This document shows, in pieces, positions 50,556-61,027 of a DNA stretch of 64,000 bases. The position numbers and the translations under genes were made by a program. Origin of the DNA: Spirochaetaceae bacterium (GTDB lineage: Bacteria; Spirochaetota; Spirochaetia; DSM-2461). The DNA lies in contig JAOPTT010000002.1 of assembly GCA_051531975.1 (NCBI GenBank), forward strand, positions 153,968 to 217,967. Direction: 5' to 3'. The notes under the pieces were generated by a model. It ran no database searches and was not told the DNA's origin. It saw nothing but the letters and a program-made list of their open reading frames with translations. Position 1 is the first letter of the stretch, and the number at the start of each line of letters is the position of its first letter.

Positions 50556-52223
50556 CTATTTATTTAATCCCATATTGGAGAAATTAATAAATTCCTCCCC
50601 ATTTAATGGTTTGCTATAATAGTACCCTTGTATAAGTGGACACCCTAGATCTTTAACAAAATCTTTCTGATCTAATGTCTCCACACCTTCTGCAATTACT
50701 TTTAATTTCAAATACTTAGCCAAATTAATAATAGTTTTAACTATTGCAACATCACCTGGTTCAGCAAGGATATTATCTATAAATGATTTATCAATTTTTA
50801 ATTTATCTATTGGAAATTTCTTCAAATAACTAAGAGATGAAAAACCAGTTCCAAAATCGTCTATTGCTAGTTTAAAACCCATATCTTTTAGACTAAACAT
50901 AGTTTTTATTGCTAAATCTATATCGTCTACAAATGCACTCTCTGTTATCTCAAGTTCAATTTTAGATGTATCTACTTTGTCGTAAAAAATATTTTTGATT
51001 AAAGGAATTAGTTTTTTGTCGTTAAACTGGACCCCAGAAATGTTAATTGCCATGGACATATCTTTAATACTATTTTCTTCCCAATGAACAAACTGATTAC
51101 ATGTATTCCTAAGAACCCACTCTCCTATTGGAATTATAAGCCCTTTTTTCTCTGCTATAGGTATAAATTTAGCTGGAGAGACAAAACCTCTCTCACTGTT
51201 ATTCCATCGAATTAGAGCTTCTGCCCCAACAGTTTTCTGAGTATTACTATCAACCTGTGGTTGGTAAACCATTGATAATTCATTTCTCTCAATTGATTTT
51301 CTAAGATCACCTAAAAGTTGGAATTGCTCTAATACCGATTCATTCATTTTAGGTTCATAAAAACTAAAGGTATTAAATTCCTCTTTTCTTGAATTAGTCA
51401 TTGCTGAATCTGCATTTTTAATTAGTTCCTCAGGTTCTAATCCATCGGTTATATATAAGGATATTCCAAGGTTTACAGACAAAAAGAATTCGTGGCCTTC
51501 AACAGTAAATGGTTCATAAAATGCATCAATTATTTCAAAGGCTCGATCTTTAATATCTTCTATCTCATTATAGTGTTGGTAGATAACAAACCTATCGGAG
51601 CCAAAACTAAAGATATTATCAGTTAATATTGTATCTTTTATTCGATTAGCTATATCTTTTAGAACCTTATCACCCTGGGTATGACCAAAGGTTTCAGGAA
51701 TAAGTGAAAAGTTATTAACATCCAGGAGAATAACAGCAACATGCCTTCTTTTTTCTTCTAAAAACTCCTCTAACTTCTTCTCTCCAAAAAATCTGTTAGC
51801 AATATTTGTACTCTGATCTATTTTCTCTAAATATTGTAGTTCTTGCATAGCTTTAAGCTTAGAAGTAACATCTGTAATAATACATAGATACTTTGTTTTA
51901 TTGTGTTCTTGAAAACTTATAATCTTCTGCTTCATTACAAAAAGAGATTCATCTTTTTTATTAGAATCCCAAGTTTCGTCTTCCCAATAGCCTTTAGATT
52001 CAACCTGCTCCCATAACCTTTCATAAAAGCCAGGGTCGTGCCAACCACCATGTACAGATGTTGGTATTGTATCTAAAACACTATTTTCTGTTAAACCTGA
52101 GATCTCCAAAAATCGATTATTAAAATAGGATATACGTCTATCGGCATTAAGTACAAAGACTCCTTCAGATGTTGAGTTTAAATAAAGTGTTATTAGTTTT
52201 TTGTCTACTTTAGTAAACTTCAC
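50556..52223 (-). CDS. PAS-GGDEF(degenerate)-EAL protein, probable c-di-GMP phosphodiesterase
   Basis: GGDEF site reads GSDRF; EAL motifs AEALIRW, ELEITE, DDFGTGFSSL, KIDKSF, AEGVE, QGYY are intact. Confidence 0.92.
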   Translation of the reverse strand: MKFTKVDKKLITLYLNSTSEGVFVLNADRRISYFNNRFLEISGLTENSVLDTIPTSVHGGWHDPGFYERLWEQVESKGYWEDETWDSNKKDESLFVMKQKIISFQEHNKTKYLCIITDVTSKLKAMQELQYLEKIDQSTNIANRFFGEKKLEEFLEEKRRHVAVILLDVNNFSLIPETFGHTQGDKVLKDIANRIKDTILTDNIFSFGSDRFVIYQHYNEIEDIKDRAFEIIDAFYEPFTVEGHEFFLSVNLGISLYITDGLEPEELIKNADSAMTNSRKEEFNTFSFYEPKMNESVLEQFQLLGDLRKSIERNELSMVYQPQVDSNTQKTVGAEALIRWNNSERGFVSPAKFIPIAEKKGLIIPIGEWVLRNTCNQFVHWEENSIKDMSMAINISGVQFNDKKLIPLIKNIFYDKVDTSKIELEITESAFVDDIDLAIKTMFSLKDMGFKLAIDDFGTGFSSLSYLKKFPIDKLKIDKSFIDNILAEPGDVAIVKTIINLAKYLKLKVIAEGVETLDQKDFVKDLGCPLIQGYYYSKPLNGEEFINFSNMGLNK

Positions 52224-54622
52224 TTATCCTCTTCTTTTGGTTCCTTTTCAGCTACGATAACAGTTTCAACCTCTTCTTTAGGTTCCTTTTCAACTACAGT
52301 AACAGTATCACCATCTATTTTTAAAGGTTTAGCATTACGACATTTAGGATATCCGCTGCAAGCTAAAAATGGACCACGCCTACTATTTTTAACCACCATA
52401 TCCGAGCCACACTTCTCGCATATTTCACCTTCTAATTCAGGTAGAATAACTGGCTTACCCTCTTTATCTATAGCTATTGTATTTTTACAATCAGGGTACC
52501 CGGAACATGCTAAAAATGGACCCATTCGTCCAACTTTAACTTCCATTTTTTTACCACATTTGTTACAGTCCATCTCTATTTTAGGAAGTTCTAAAATATT
52601 TCCATCGTTATCTAAAGATACAGAACCTTTACAGTCTGGATACTGACTACAAGCTAAGAATTTTTTACCATAACGTGTAGTTTTTAACAGTAGCTGACTG
52701 CTACAGATTGGGCATTTTTCATCTTTGTATCGCTCAGACTCTTCGTCATCCACGCCTTCACCAGGCATTGGAATCAGTCCCTTACATTCAGGATAATCCG
52801 AACAACCTAAAAATGCACCATTTTTTGAATACTTCATTACTAAATCTTTTCCACACTTAGGACATTTTTCCTCTCCTAAGTACGGTCGACCTTTTAATGG
52901 TTCTGCATGTTCTGTTGCAGAATCTACTGCTTCTATAAATGGTATATAAAATTCATCAATTAGTTTTACCCAGTTTTTATTACCTTGCTCTACTTCATCA
53001 AGGTCTGATTCCATCTCTGCAGTAAACTTTAATTCCATTATATTTTTAAAGTTATCTTGTAACATATCATTAACTGCAATACCAAGTTCTGTTGCATGAA
53101 AGGCCTTCTTTTCTAACCTTACATAACCACGTTCTTTAATAGTTTTTACAATTGGTGCATATGTAGATGGTCTACCAATACCCTCTTTTTCTAGGGCTCT
53201 AACCAGACTTGCTTCGTTAAATCTAGCAGGAGGTTTAGTAAAATGTTGGGTCTCTTCTAACTTTTTAAGGTCTACAGAGTCCCCTTCTGTTACACTTGGT
53301 AGAGGCTGATATTTATCTTCGTCTTTTTTGCTATCTTTTAGTAGAACTGTAAAACCATCAAATAAGGTAACTCGACCTTTAGCTTCAAAAATACCATCAG
53401 CTGCAACTATTGTTATTGTTGTTATATTATAAAGCGCCGGATTCATCTGAGATGCTACAAATCTATCCCATATAAGTTTATATAATTTATACTCTTCTGG
53501 TTTAACAAATGGTTTTATCTTCTCTGGTGTATTATAAACCGATGTTGGTCTAATAGCCTCATGGGCATCTTGAGCATTCTTTTTAGTACTATAAGTATTT
53601 TCTTTTGTCGGTAGATATTTTTTAGAGTATGTCTTTTCAATAAACTCTCTAACTTCTGCTATACCTTCTGGATCAATTCTTGTAGAGTCGGTTCTCATAT
53701 AAGTAATTAAACCTGTATGTACACCATCTTCAATCTCGGTACCTTCGTAAAGTTTTTGTGCAACTTGCATTGTTCTACTAGTTCCAAAACCTAAATTAGT
53801 ACTTGCTGCTTGTTGTAAAGTAGATGTAATAAATGGAGCTCCAGCTTTACCTTTACTCTCTTTACTTACTACTTTTTCAACTGAATATGAGCTATCCCGC
53901 AGAGTCCCAGCAATTTTTTTAACACTATCTTCTGTTCCAGCAACTTTGCTTCCAAGGGCAAATTTTGCACCTTTCCATTTTACAAGATCTGCCTGAAAGT
54001 CTATATCTTTATTTAATGATGCAGATATTTTCCAGAATTCCTCTGGATTAAATGCTTCGATTTCACGTTCTCGGATTACTACCATTTTAACTGCAACAGA
54101 CTGAACACGACCAGCACTTAAGTTTTTAGCAATTTTAGCCCATAAAAATGGAGATAGATTAAAACCTACCAACCTGTCTAATATTCTTCGACCTTGTTGT
54201 GCATTAACCCTATCCATATCTATTTTTGTAGGATTTGATACCGCATCTAATACAGCTTTTTTTGTAACGGCAGAGTATGTAACTCTATTTGCTTCTTCAT
54301 CTTTAAGACCTAAAGCTTCTTTTAAATGCCAGGCGATAGCTTCCCCTTCTCTATCGGGGTCGGGAGCTAAATATACAACATCAGCTTTTTTTGCTGCTTC
54401 TTTTAACTCTTTAACAGTTTTTTCTTTACCTTTAATAATAGTGTAATCAGGAGCGTAGTCATTATCTACATCGATACCAAAATTTTTTCCACGACCTTTT
54501 TTTAGGTCTCTAATATGTCCTACAGATGCTTTTACAGTAAAATCTTTACCTAAAAACTTCTTTATAGTTTTTGCTTTTGCAGGGCTCTCCACAATTAGTA
54601 GTTTTTTCTGTTTTGGTGCCAC
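52220..54622 (-). CDS. topA: DNA topoisomerase I with four C-terminal zinc ribbons
   Basis: IVESPAKAKTI, DPDREGE, SAGRVQS, ITYMRTDS, GIGRPSTY, repeated CxxC...FLACSxYPxC. Confidence 0.97.
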   Translation of the reverse strand: MAPKQKKLLIVESPAKAKTIKKFLGKDFTVKASVGHIRDLKKGRGKNFGIDVDNDYAPDYTIIKGKEKTVKELKEAAKKADVVYLAPDPDREGEAIAWHLKEALGLKDEEANRVTYSAVTKKAVLDAVSNPTKIDMDRVNAQQGRRILDRLVGFNLSPFLWAKIAKNLSAGRVQSVAVKMVVIREREIEAFNPEEFWKISASLNKDIDFQADLVKWKGAKFALGSKVAGTEDSVKKIAGTLRDSSYSVEKVVSKESKGKAGAPFITSTLQQAASTNLGFGTSRTMQVAQKLYEGTEIEDGVHTGLITYMRTDSTRIDPEGIAEVREFIEKTYSKKYLPTKENTYSTKKNAQDAHEAIRPTSVYNTPEKIKPFVKPEEYKLYKLIWDRFVASQMNPALYNITTITIVAADGIFEAKGRVTLFDGFTVLLKDSKKDEDKYQPLPSVTEGDSVDLKKLEETQHFTKPPARFNEASLVRALEKEGIGRPSTYAPIVKTIKERGYVRLEKKAFHATELGIAVNDMLQDNFKNIMELKFTAEMESDLDEVEQGNKNWVKLIDEFYIPFIEAVDSATEHAEPLKGRPYLGEEKCPKCGKDLVMKYSKNGAFLGCSDYPECKGLIPMPGEGVDDEESERYKDEKCPICSSQLLLKTTRYGKKFLACSQYPDCKGSVSLDNDGNILELPKIEMDCNKCGKKMEVKVGRMGPFLACSGYPDCKNTIAIDKEGKPVILPELEGEICEKCGSDMVVKNSRRGPFLACSGYPKCRNAKPLKIDGDTVTVVEKEPKEEVETVIVAEKEPKEEDK

Positions 54623-54737
54623 AAAACTCTCCTTTTTTTACGGATCACACTTATAAAAAATCAATGGATTCCATTTAGGGTATATGAATTAATAATAAAC
54701 CATAGCGTTTACGTCAAGAAAAATATATAATATTTTT

Positions 54738-56270
54738 ATGAAAAAAACGACTATTGAGCTAAAACTTCCAGTTAATTACACAAAACACGATCTTCTTATG
54801 TTATTAAAGAAGAAAGGGCATAAGGATATTAAGAATCTAGAAATTATTAGAAAAAGTCTAGATGCTAGGAAGAGAAATAACATTGTTTGGAACCTAAAAG
54901 TAGAAATAAACGGTATAGATATCAGTTTTACAAGGCGTTCAGAGTTAGCTTTGGATCTTCAACACTCAGATAGAGAGACACATGTAGTCATTGTTGGATC
55001 AGGTCCTGGTGGGATTTTTTCCGGGCTAGTATTATTAAGAGCGGGCTTTAAAGTAACCTTATTAGAAAAAGGGTCTAAAGTTGAAGATAGGAACATCCAG
55101 ATTGATGAACTTATAACAAATGGTATATTTAATGAGAACTCAAACTTCGCATTTGGTGAAGGTGGAGCTGGGACTTACTCAGATGGGAAACTAACTTCTA
55201 GAAATAAACATATATCTAAAGAGAAAGATTTTATATTATCAACCTTTATTAATAATGGTGCACCGGAAGAGATATACTCCATGGTTCACCCCCATGTTGG
55301 TAGCGATAACCTTAAAATAGTAGCAAAAAATATAAGAGGTGAATTTTTAGACCTAGGAGGAGAGATCTTCTTTGATACTGAGTTTATCACTTTTAATAGT
55401 TCTTTAGGTAAGATAAAGAGTGTAGAGACATCAAATGGTGTTATTGATTGTAACTATCTTTTATTAGCAACAGGACACTCTTCTATACCTACTTACAGAG
55501 AGTTAATAAAAAAAGGTGTTATTTTTAATTCCAAAAACTTTGCAATTGGTTTTAGAGCAGAACATCCACAAACTCTTATAAACAATTCCCAATGGGGCCA
55601 AGAAAAAATAAAAGGTTTAAAAGCTGCTGAGTACCGTTTAACAGCAAAAACTGATTCAGCAACAGTATTTTCATTTTGCATGTGCCCTGGAGGAACAATA
55701 GTTCCATCTGCTGCAATGCCTTTAACATCTGTTGTTAACGGTATGAGTAATTATAACAGAGATAGTGAATTTGCTAATGCAGCCGTTGTAGCTGGTTTTA
55801 ACTTCCAAACAGAACACAACAGAGAAGTACCACCATTAGAGGCTTTAGATATGCTTACAGAGCTTGAACAGCGTTATTTTAATGCAACAAAGGGTTATGT
55901 AATACCTTCTATGAAGATATCTGACTTTTTAAGTGGTAATTTAACTGGTAGTGTAGATAAAACATCATATCCCTTAGGTGTAACAGATTATGATTTAAAA
56001 GAACTTCTACCTAAGAGTATTATAGAGCCACTTAAACAGGGCTTAACTGAGTTTTCTAAAAAACTTAGAGGTTACGAAACTGGAAATATAATGGGTCTTG
56101 AGAGTAAAACATCCTCTCCAATTCAGGTATTAAGAGAGAAATCAGGTTTATGTCATAACTTTGATAATCTATATTTTGTAGGTGAAGGTTCAGGTTGGGC
56201 TGGTGGAATAATATCCAGTGCTGCAGATGGTATAAAAGGTGCCCTGGATATTATTAAAAGAGAGTCTTAA
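54738..56270 (+). CDS. FAD-dependent oxidoreductase (NAD(P)/FAD-dependent dehydrogenase family)
   Basis: VGSGPGG, FGEGGAGTYSDGKL, FSFCMCPGG, GEGSGWAGGIISSA. Confidence 0.88.
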   Translation: MKKTTIELKLPVNYTKHDLLMLLKKKGHKDIKNLEIIRKSLDARKRNNIVWNLKVEINGIDISFTRRSELALDLQHSDRETHVVIVGSGPGGIFSGLVLLRAGFKVTLLEKGSKVEDRNIQIDELITNGIFNENSNFAFGEGGAGTYSDGKLTSRNKHISKEKDFILSTFINNGAPEEIYSMVHPHVGSDNLKIVAKNIRGEFLDLGGEIFFDTEFITFNSSLGKIKSVETSNGVIDCNYLLLATGHSSIPTYRELIKKGVIFNSKNFAIGFRAEHPQTLINNSQWGQEKIKGLKAAEYRLTAKTDSATVFSFCMCPGGTIVPSAAMPLTSVVNGMSNYNRDSEFANAAVVAGFNFQTEHNREVPPLEALDMLTELEQRYFNATKGYVIPSMKISDFLSGNLTGSVDKTSYPLGVTDYDLKELLPKSIIEPLKQGLTEFSKKLRGYETGNIMGLESKTSSPIQVLREKSGLCHNFDNLYFVGEGSGWAGGIISSAADGIKGALDIIKRES

Positions 56271-57668
56271 TTAGGTTCCACAATAAGTTTTATATAAAGT
56301 ATCCACTTTAATCGGTGGGTCTTTATAATAATCAGGGGCATCATTTCCATATGGATTATCCAAATATTCAAGAAAGTTTTTAAAAGGTTCAAAATTCAAA
56401 TTATCACTAGCTTCTAATAATACTGCTTCAACAATGTGATTCCTTGGTAAAACAGTTGGGTTATTTTTTAACATTAAACTTTTATTAATATCTAATTTAT
56501 TCCAATTTCCAAACCAATCTTCTAATTCTTTATCACTATGTGCTATTAGTTCTAGGAAGTTATCTGATTCTAAAGCCTTAAATGTCTTTGTAAAATCGGC
56601 ACTATTATTCTCCATCCAATTTAATAGAGTTAATGTTATATCTTTATTAACTGTTTCAAGCCCAAGCTTTGAAGCCATCATTTCATGCCACTTTTTTGCA
56701 AATATAGGCTGATAACTAGTTATAATCTCATTAACTATTTCTAGAGCGACTTCAGAATCAGTATTAATTAGAGGTAATAGACACTCTGCAAACCGTGCTA
56801 TATTCCACTGCCCAATATTTTTCTGATTCTCGTAGGAGTACCTACCGCCACTATCTATAGAGCTAAAAACTGTTTTAGGATCATAGGTATCCATAAATGC
56901 ACATGGTCCATAATCTATGGTCTCTCCGCAAATTGAGACATTGTCTGTGTTCATAACCCCATGTATAAATCCAACTCTTAACCAATTAACAATAAGATCT
57001 ATTTGTCTATCCATAACAACTTCTAAAAGTGAAAGATAGGGATTCTTTTTGTCTATTAGTGGGTAATGCCTCTCTATTACATAATCTGTAAAAGTTTTTA
57101 GTAGGGATAAATCCCCTTTTGAGGCTACATATTGAAATGTTCCAACTCTAATGTGACTAGATGCTACCCTTGTTAAGATTCCACCTTTTTCAATTTTTTC
57201 TCTATATACATCTTCACCTGTTCCAACCACAGCTAAACTAAGTGTCGTTGGGATACCAAGGTTAAACATAGATGTGCTAATTAAATACTCTCTTAACATT
57301 GAATATAGAGTTGCTCTACCATCACCATTTCTTGAATATGGTGTACGTCCGGAACCTTTTAATTGAATATCGAACCGCTGGCCAGAAGGTGTTATATGCT
57401 CCCCTAACATTACAGCTCTACCATCACCTAATATGTTAAAGTGACCAAACTGATGCCCTCCATACCCCTGGGCAAATGGTATTGATCCCTCTTGGGTTTT
57501 ATTACCTGATAGGTATAAAGTAGGGTCTTTATCTTTTAAACCTAACTCTTTAGCAAGTTTTGTATTATATATATGTAGTTCTGGTAATTTTACTGGGATA
57601 GGAAGTAGTGTTGTATATAGTGAATCTGATAAGTTTGTATAACTGTTTTTAAAATTAAAAATATTCAT
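56271..57668 (-). CDS. selO: Protein adenylyltransferase SelO/YdiU
   Basis: YGGHQFG, LGDGRA, LKGSGRTPYSR..DGRA, HGVMNTDN, IDYGP, C-terminal TYCGT. Confidence 0.95.
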   Translation of the reverse strand: MNIFNFKNSYTNLSDSLYTTLLPIPVKLPELHIYNTKLAKELGLKDKDPTLYLSGNKTQEGSIPFAQGYGGHQFGHFNILGDGRAVMLGEHITPSGQRFDIQLKGSGRTPYSRNGDGRATLYSMLREYLISTSMFNLGIPTTLSLAVVGTGEDVYREKIEKGGILTRVASSHIRVGTFQYVASKGDLSLLKTFTDYVIERHYPLIDKKNPYLSLLEVVMDRQIDLIVNWLRVGFIHGVMNTDNVSICGETIDYGPCAFMDTYDPKTVFSSIDSGGRYSYENQKNIGQWNIARFAECLLPLINTDSEVALEIVNEIITSYQPIFAKKWHEMMASKLGLETVNKDITLTLLNWMENNSADFTKTFKALESDNFLELIAHSDKELEDWFGNWNKLDINKSLMLKNNPTVLPRNHIVEAVLLEASDNLNFEPFKNFLEYLDNPYGNDAPDYYKDPPIKVDTLYKTYCGT

Positions 57669-57739
57669 AATAAGCTCCTAGATAACTATACATTGTTTTA
57701 ACTTAGATGGATAGTTATCAGGAATGATTATTATTATGA

Positions 57740-59437
57740 TTAGTTAAAATTATACTCTGTTACTATAGGTTCACGGCCTAAATTAACATCAGTAAAATAT
57801 TCATATAAACTTATACCTAAAAATCCACCAGCAACATTGTAAACATCTTTAAAACCAAGGTTTTTAAGTGCTAAGGTTGCATTGTAACTTCTTTGACCAC
57901 TTCTACAGTGAATATATAGAGGTTTGTCTTTTGGTATTTCATCTAATCTATCTCTAAGCTGACTTAAAGGGATATTTATTGCTGTTTTAAGGTGAGATCT
58001 ATCAAATTCAGGAACTTCCCTAACATCTATTATTGTTGCATCAGATTCTGAAAGTTCTCTTACCTGATCTACATGAACCTGCTTATAATCACCTTTTAGT
58101 AGGTTTGTTGCTACATAACCTGCAAAGTTTACAATATCTTTACCTGTACCAAATGGAGGTGCGTAACACAGTTCTAGGTCTTTTAAATCGTAGATTGTTC
58201 CACTAAACTTAATTGCTGTTGCAATAACATCAATTCTCTTGTCGACATTTCCTTTACCAATTGCCTGCGCACCTAATATTTTACCTGTAGGAACTTCGTA
58301 AATTAGTTTAAAGTGCATAACTTTACTAGATGGCATAAGTCCAACTTTATCGCTAGGGATAACCCTAACTGTGTCGTATTTAATGTTCATTTTAGTAAAC
58401 TCTATAAAGCTCTCTGTTAAACCAGTAGATGCAGCATTATAATCAAAAACCTTTAAAATTGATGAACCGATGTAACCTCTATTATCAACAATCATTCCGT
58501 TAATATGGTCTGCAACACTTCTAGCTTGCTTTAGGGCTGGCCCTGCTAAAGGAAGCTTAAAAACGTCGTTAATTAGTGGATTGTAAACTTCTATTACATC
58601 CCCAACTGCATAAATATCTTCATCGTTTGTTTTAAAGTTCTGATCGACTTTCATAGCTCCAGTTTTACCTAGTTCTAAACCAGCACCTTTAGCTAAACCA
58701 GTTTCTGGTAGTACACCAATTGCTAATACAATTACTTCGCTATCTACGACCTTACCAGATTCTAATAAGATATTACTCTCTTTAAATGATGTAACTTTAT
58801 CGTTAACAATTAAATTGACACCCTGATCCATCATCTCTTTATGTAAGATTTGAACCATGTCTTCATCAAAAATTCTTAAAATCTGAGGCATCGCTTCAAT
58901 TAAAGTAACATCGTGTCCAGCTTCTTTTAAGTTCTCTGCAGTTTCTACACCGATAAATCCACCACCAATTACGGAAACCTTTTTATTAGAACCCTCTAAA
59001 GCCTTACTTAATTTAACAATATCTACAACATTTCTTATGGTATATGTATTTGCCTCTTTTATCCCTGGAATTGGAGGAACTATTGGTGAGCCTCCAGGGG
59101 ATAAAATTAGTTTATCAAAACTTTCTGTGTACTCTGTATTAGTTTTTAGATCTTTTATAGTTACTGATTTGTTTTCTCTATTTATAGAAAGTACTTCGTT
59201 TTCTGTTCTAACCTCAATATTATACTGAGACTTGAACTTCTCTGGGTACATCATTACTAATTTATCTGCGTTTGGAACCACACCACTTAAGTGATAAGGT
59301 AAACTACAGTTAGAAAATGAAACGTGGGGACCCTTTTCAAATACAATAATTTGATCCTCTTCACTATGTCGTCTAAGCCTTGCTGCAGCAGATGCTCCAC
59401 CTGCAACTCCACCTACTATTAATATTTTTCTTGACAT
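57740..59437 (-). CDS. CoA-disulfide/persulfide reductase with a C-terminal rhodanese domain
   Basis: GGVAGGASAAARLRR, SFSNC redox Cys, GGGFIG, LELCYAPPF, rhodanese HCRSGQRS. Confidence 0.92.
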   Translation of the reverse strand: MSRKILIVGGVAGGASAAARLRRHSEEDQIIVFEKGPHVSFSNCSLPYHLSGVVPNADKLVMMYPEKFKSQYNIEVRTENEVLSINRENKSVTIKDLKTNTEYTESFDKLILSPGGSPIVPPIPGIKEANTYTIRNVVDIVKLSKALEGSNKKVSVIGGGFIGVETAENLKEAGHDVTLIEAMPQILRIFDEDMVQILHKEMMDQGVNLIVNDKVTSFKESNILLESGKVVDSEVIVLAIGVLPETGLAKGAGLELGKTGAMKVDQNFKTNDEDIYAVGDVIEVYNPLINDVFKLPLAGPALKQARSVADHINGMIVDNRGYIGSSILKVFDYNAASTGLTESFIEFTKMNIKYDTVRVIPSDKVGLMPSSKVMHFKLIYEVPTGKILGAQAIGKGNVDKRIDVIATAIKFSGTIYDLKDLELCYAPPFGTGKDIVNFAGYVATNLLKGDYKQVHVDQVRELSESDATIIDVREVPEFDRSHLKTAINIPLSQLRDRLDEIPKDKPLYIHCRSGQRSYNATLALKNLGFKDVYNVAGGFLGISLYEYFTDVNLGREPIVTEYNFN

Positions 59438-59451
59438 AAAATCTCCTTGGA

Positions 59452-59616
59452 TGCATAGCCGAGCAGTATTCGTAGAATACGACCAGGCTTGATTGCATAG
59501 CCGAGCAGTATTCGTAGAATACGACCAGGCTTGATTGCATAGCCGAGCAGTATTCGTAGAATACGACTAGGCTTAGTTTCTAAGCTTGGTAGTATATAAA
59601 TAATACGACCAAGCTT
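59452..59616. repeat. 42-bp tandem hairpin repeat (3 copies and 1 diverged) in the leader of the CoA-disulfide reductase gene
   Basis: TGCATAGCCGAGCAGTATTCGTAGAATACGACCAGGCTTGAT at 59452, 59494 and 59536; related palindrome AAGCTTGGT...ATACGACCAAGCTT at 59582-59616. Confidence 0.93.
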
Positions 59617-59627
59617 GTTATTTCTAT

Positions 59628-59656
59628 AATATAATAAAGATTTTCAAATATATCAA
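59628..59656 (-). promoter_or_regulatory. Promoter for the CoA-disulfide reductase gene
   Basis: Minus strand TTGATA-17 bp-TATATT. Confidence 0.55.
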
Positions 59657-59687
59657 GTTTTCATATATAGTTTTTTGACAATATAGA

Positions 59688-60956
59688 TTAAATTTCTTCT
59701 GCTAGCCTCTTTCCTTCTTCAGTATCTACTTTTCTTAGGAAGATAAAACCTAATACAAACAGGATAACAATAGAGGCCATTCCAATTCGAACTTCTCCGG
59801 TTAGTTTAGTAACTATGGCAACTAAAAATGGTCCTACAACAGCTGCAAATTTACCTAACATATTATAGAAACCAAAAAACTCACCAGCTTTTTCTGCTGG
59901 GATTAGTCTAGTAAAATAACTTCTACTAGCAGCTTGGATACCACCCTGGAAACAACCTATTGCTATAGCTAAAATGTAAAAATGTATTTCCTTTTGCATA
60001 AAAACACCAGCAATTGTAATAACTCCATATCCAAAAATTGCTCCATATAGAGCTTTTTTAATACCAACCTTTCTACCAACCTTATTAAAAATTAGTACTG
60101 CTGGGAAAGCTATAAACTGGGTAATAAGTAGAGCAACAATTAGAGATTCAGATTTAAAACCTAAACTAGCACCAAAGTTAACTGCCATTTTTATTATTGT
60201 ATCTACTCCATCGATATATAACCAATATGCAACTAAAAATGTTGAAACAACTTTTAGTTTTTTAATTTCAGAGAATGTATCTTTTAATTGACCTACACCA
60301 GCTTTTATTGCCTCTATTATTGACATTTTATCGCTTACAGTTGGCTCTTTTACAAATATAAATAGTGGTATTGAAAAAACAGCCCACCAGATTCCAACAG
60401 AAATAAAGGACGCTTTAATAGCCTGAACACCATCTACAAAACCAAATGCACTAGGAAAAGAGAACATTAAAACATTAACTAAAAAGAGTAATCCTCCACC
60501 TATGTAACCAAGACCAAAACCAAAAGCTGAGATGTCGTCACATTTTTTCTCATCACCATCAGCAACTCCAATTATTAGAGAGTCGTAAAACAAGTTACCC
60601 CCTGCAAAACCGATAGAAGCAATAACAAAAAACAGAAGTGCAAACTGCCACATTCCTTGTCCAACTAAGGCTAAACAACCTGTCATTATTATTCCTAAAA
60701 ATGCAAAAAATATTAGAAACTTCTTTTTAGTGGAAGTTTTATCAGCTATAGCACCTAAAAAAGGAGATAAAACAGCAACGATTAATGACGCTGCAGAACT
60801 TGCGAGTCCTAGATAAAATGTAGAATCAACAGCATCACCTGTAGACCAGTAGGATTTAAAAAATGTAGGAAAGAATCCTGCCATTACAGTAGTTGCGAAT
60901 GCACTGTTTGCCCAATCATATAAACTCCAGCTCAGTACTTTTTTATCAATTTTCAT
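59688..60956 (-). CDS. MFS transporter (UMF1/Atg22-like)
   Basis: WSLYDWANSAFAT, DGVDTII, QGGIQAASRS, EFFGFYN. Confidence 0.92.
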   Translation of the reverse strand: MKIDKKVLSWSLYDWANSAFATTVMAGFFPTFFKSYWSTGDAVDSTFYLGLASSAASLIVAVLSPFLGAIADKTSTKKKFLIFFAFLGIIMTGCLALVGQGMWQFALLFFVIASIGFAGGNLFYDSLIIGVADGDEKKCDDISAFGFGLGYIGGGLLFLVNVLMFSFPSAFGFVDGVQAIKASFISVGIWWAVFSIPLFIFVKEPTVSDKMSIIEAIKAGVGQLKDTFSEIKKLKVVSTFLVAYWLYIDGVDTIIKMAVNFGASLGFKSESLIVALLITQFIAFPAVLIFNKVGRKVGIKKALYGAIFGYGVITIAGVFMQKEIHFYILAIAIGCFQGGIQAASRSYFTRLIPAEKAGEFFGFYNMLGKFAAVVGPFLVAIVTKLTGEVRIGMASIVILFVLGFIFLRKVDTEEGKRLAEEI

Positions 60957-61027
60957 TTATGCTCCTTTTAAAACTATCAATATATTATCATAAACATCGG
61001 AATTTTATACAACTAAATTGTTTATTC

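Noticed and set aside
50556..52223. Active diguanylate cyclase
   Set aside because: The signature is GSDRF, not GG(D/E)EF
52224..52300. Duplicated EKEPKEE tail of TopA as a distinct element
   Set aside because: A short low-complexity duplication in a probably disordered tail; no further support
56271..56290. Selenocysteine in SelO
   Set aside because: The C-terminus is TYCGT followed by TAA; no in-frame TGA
59452..59616. CRISPR array or tRNA
   Set aside because: The units are contiguous and nearly identical with no spacers; no cloverleaf or TTCGA T-arm pattern
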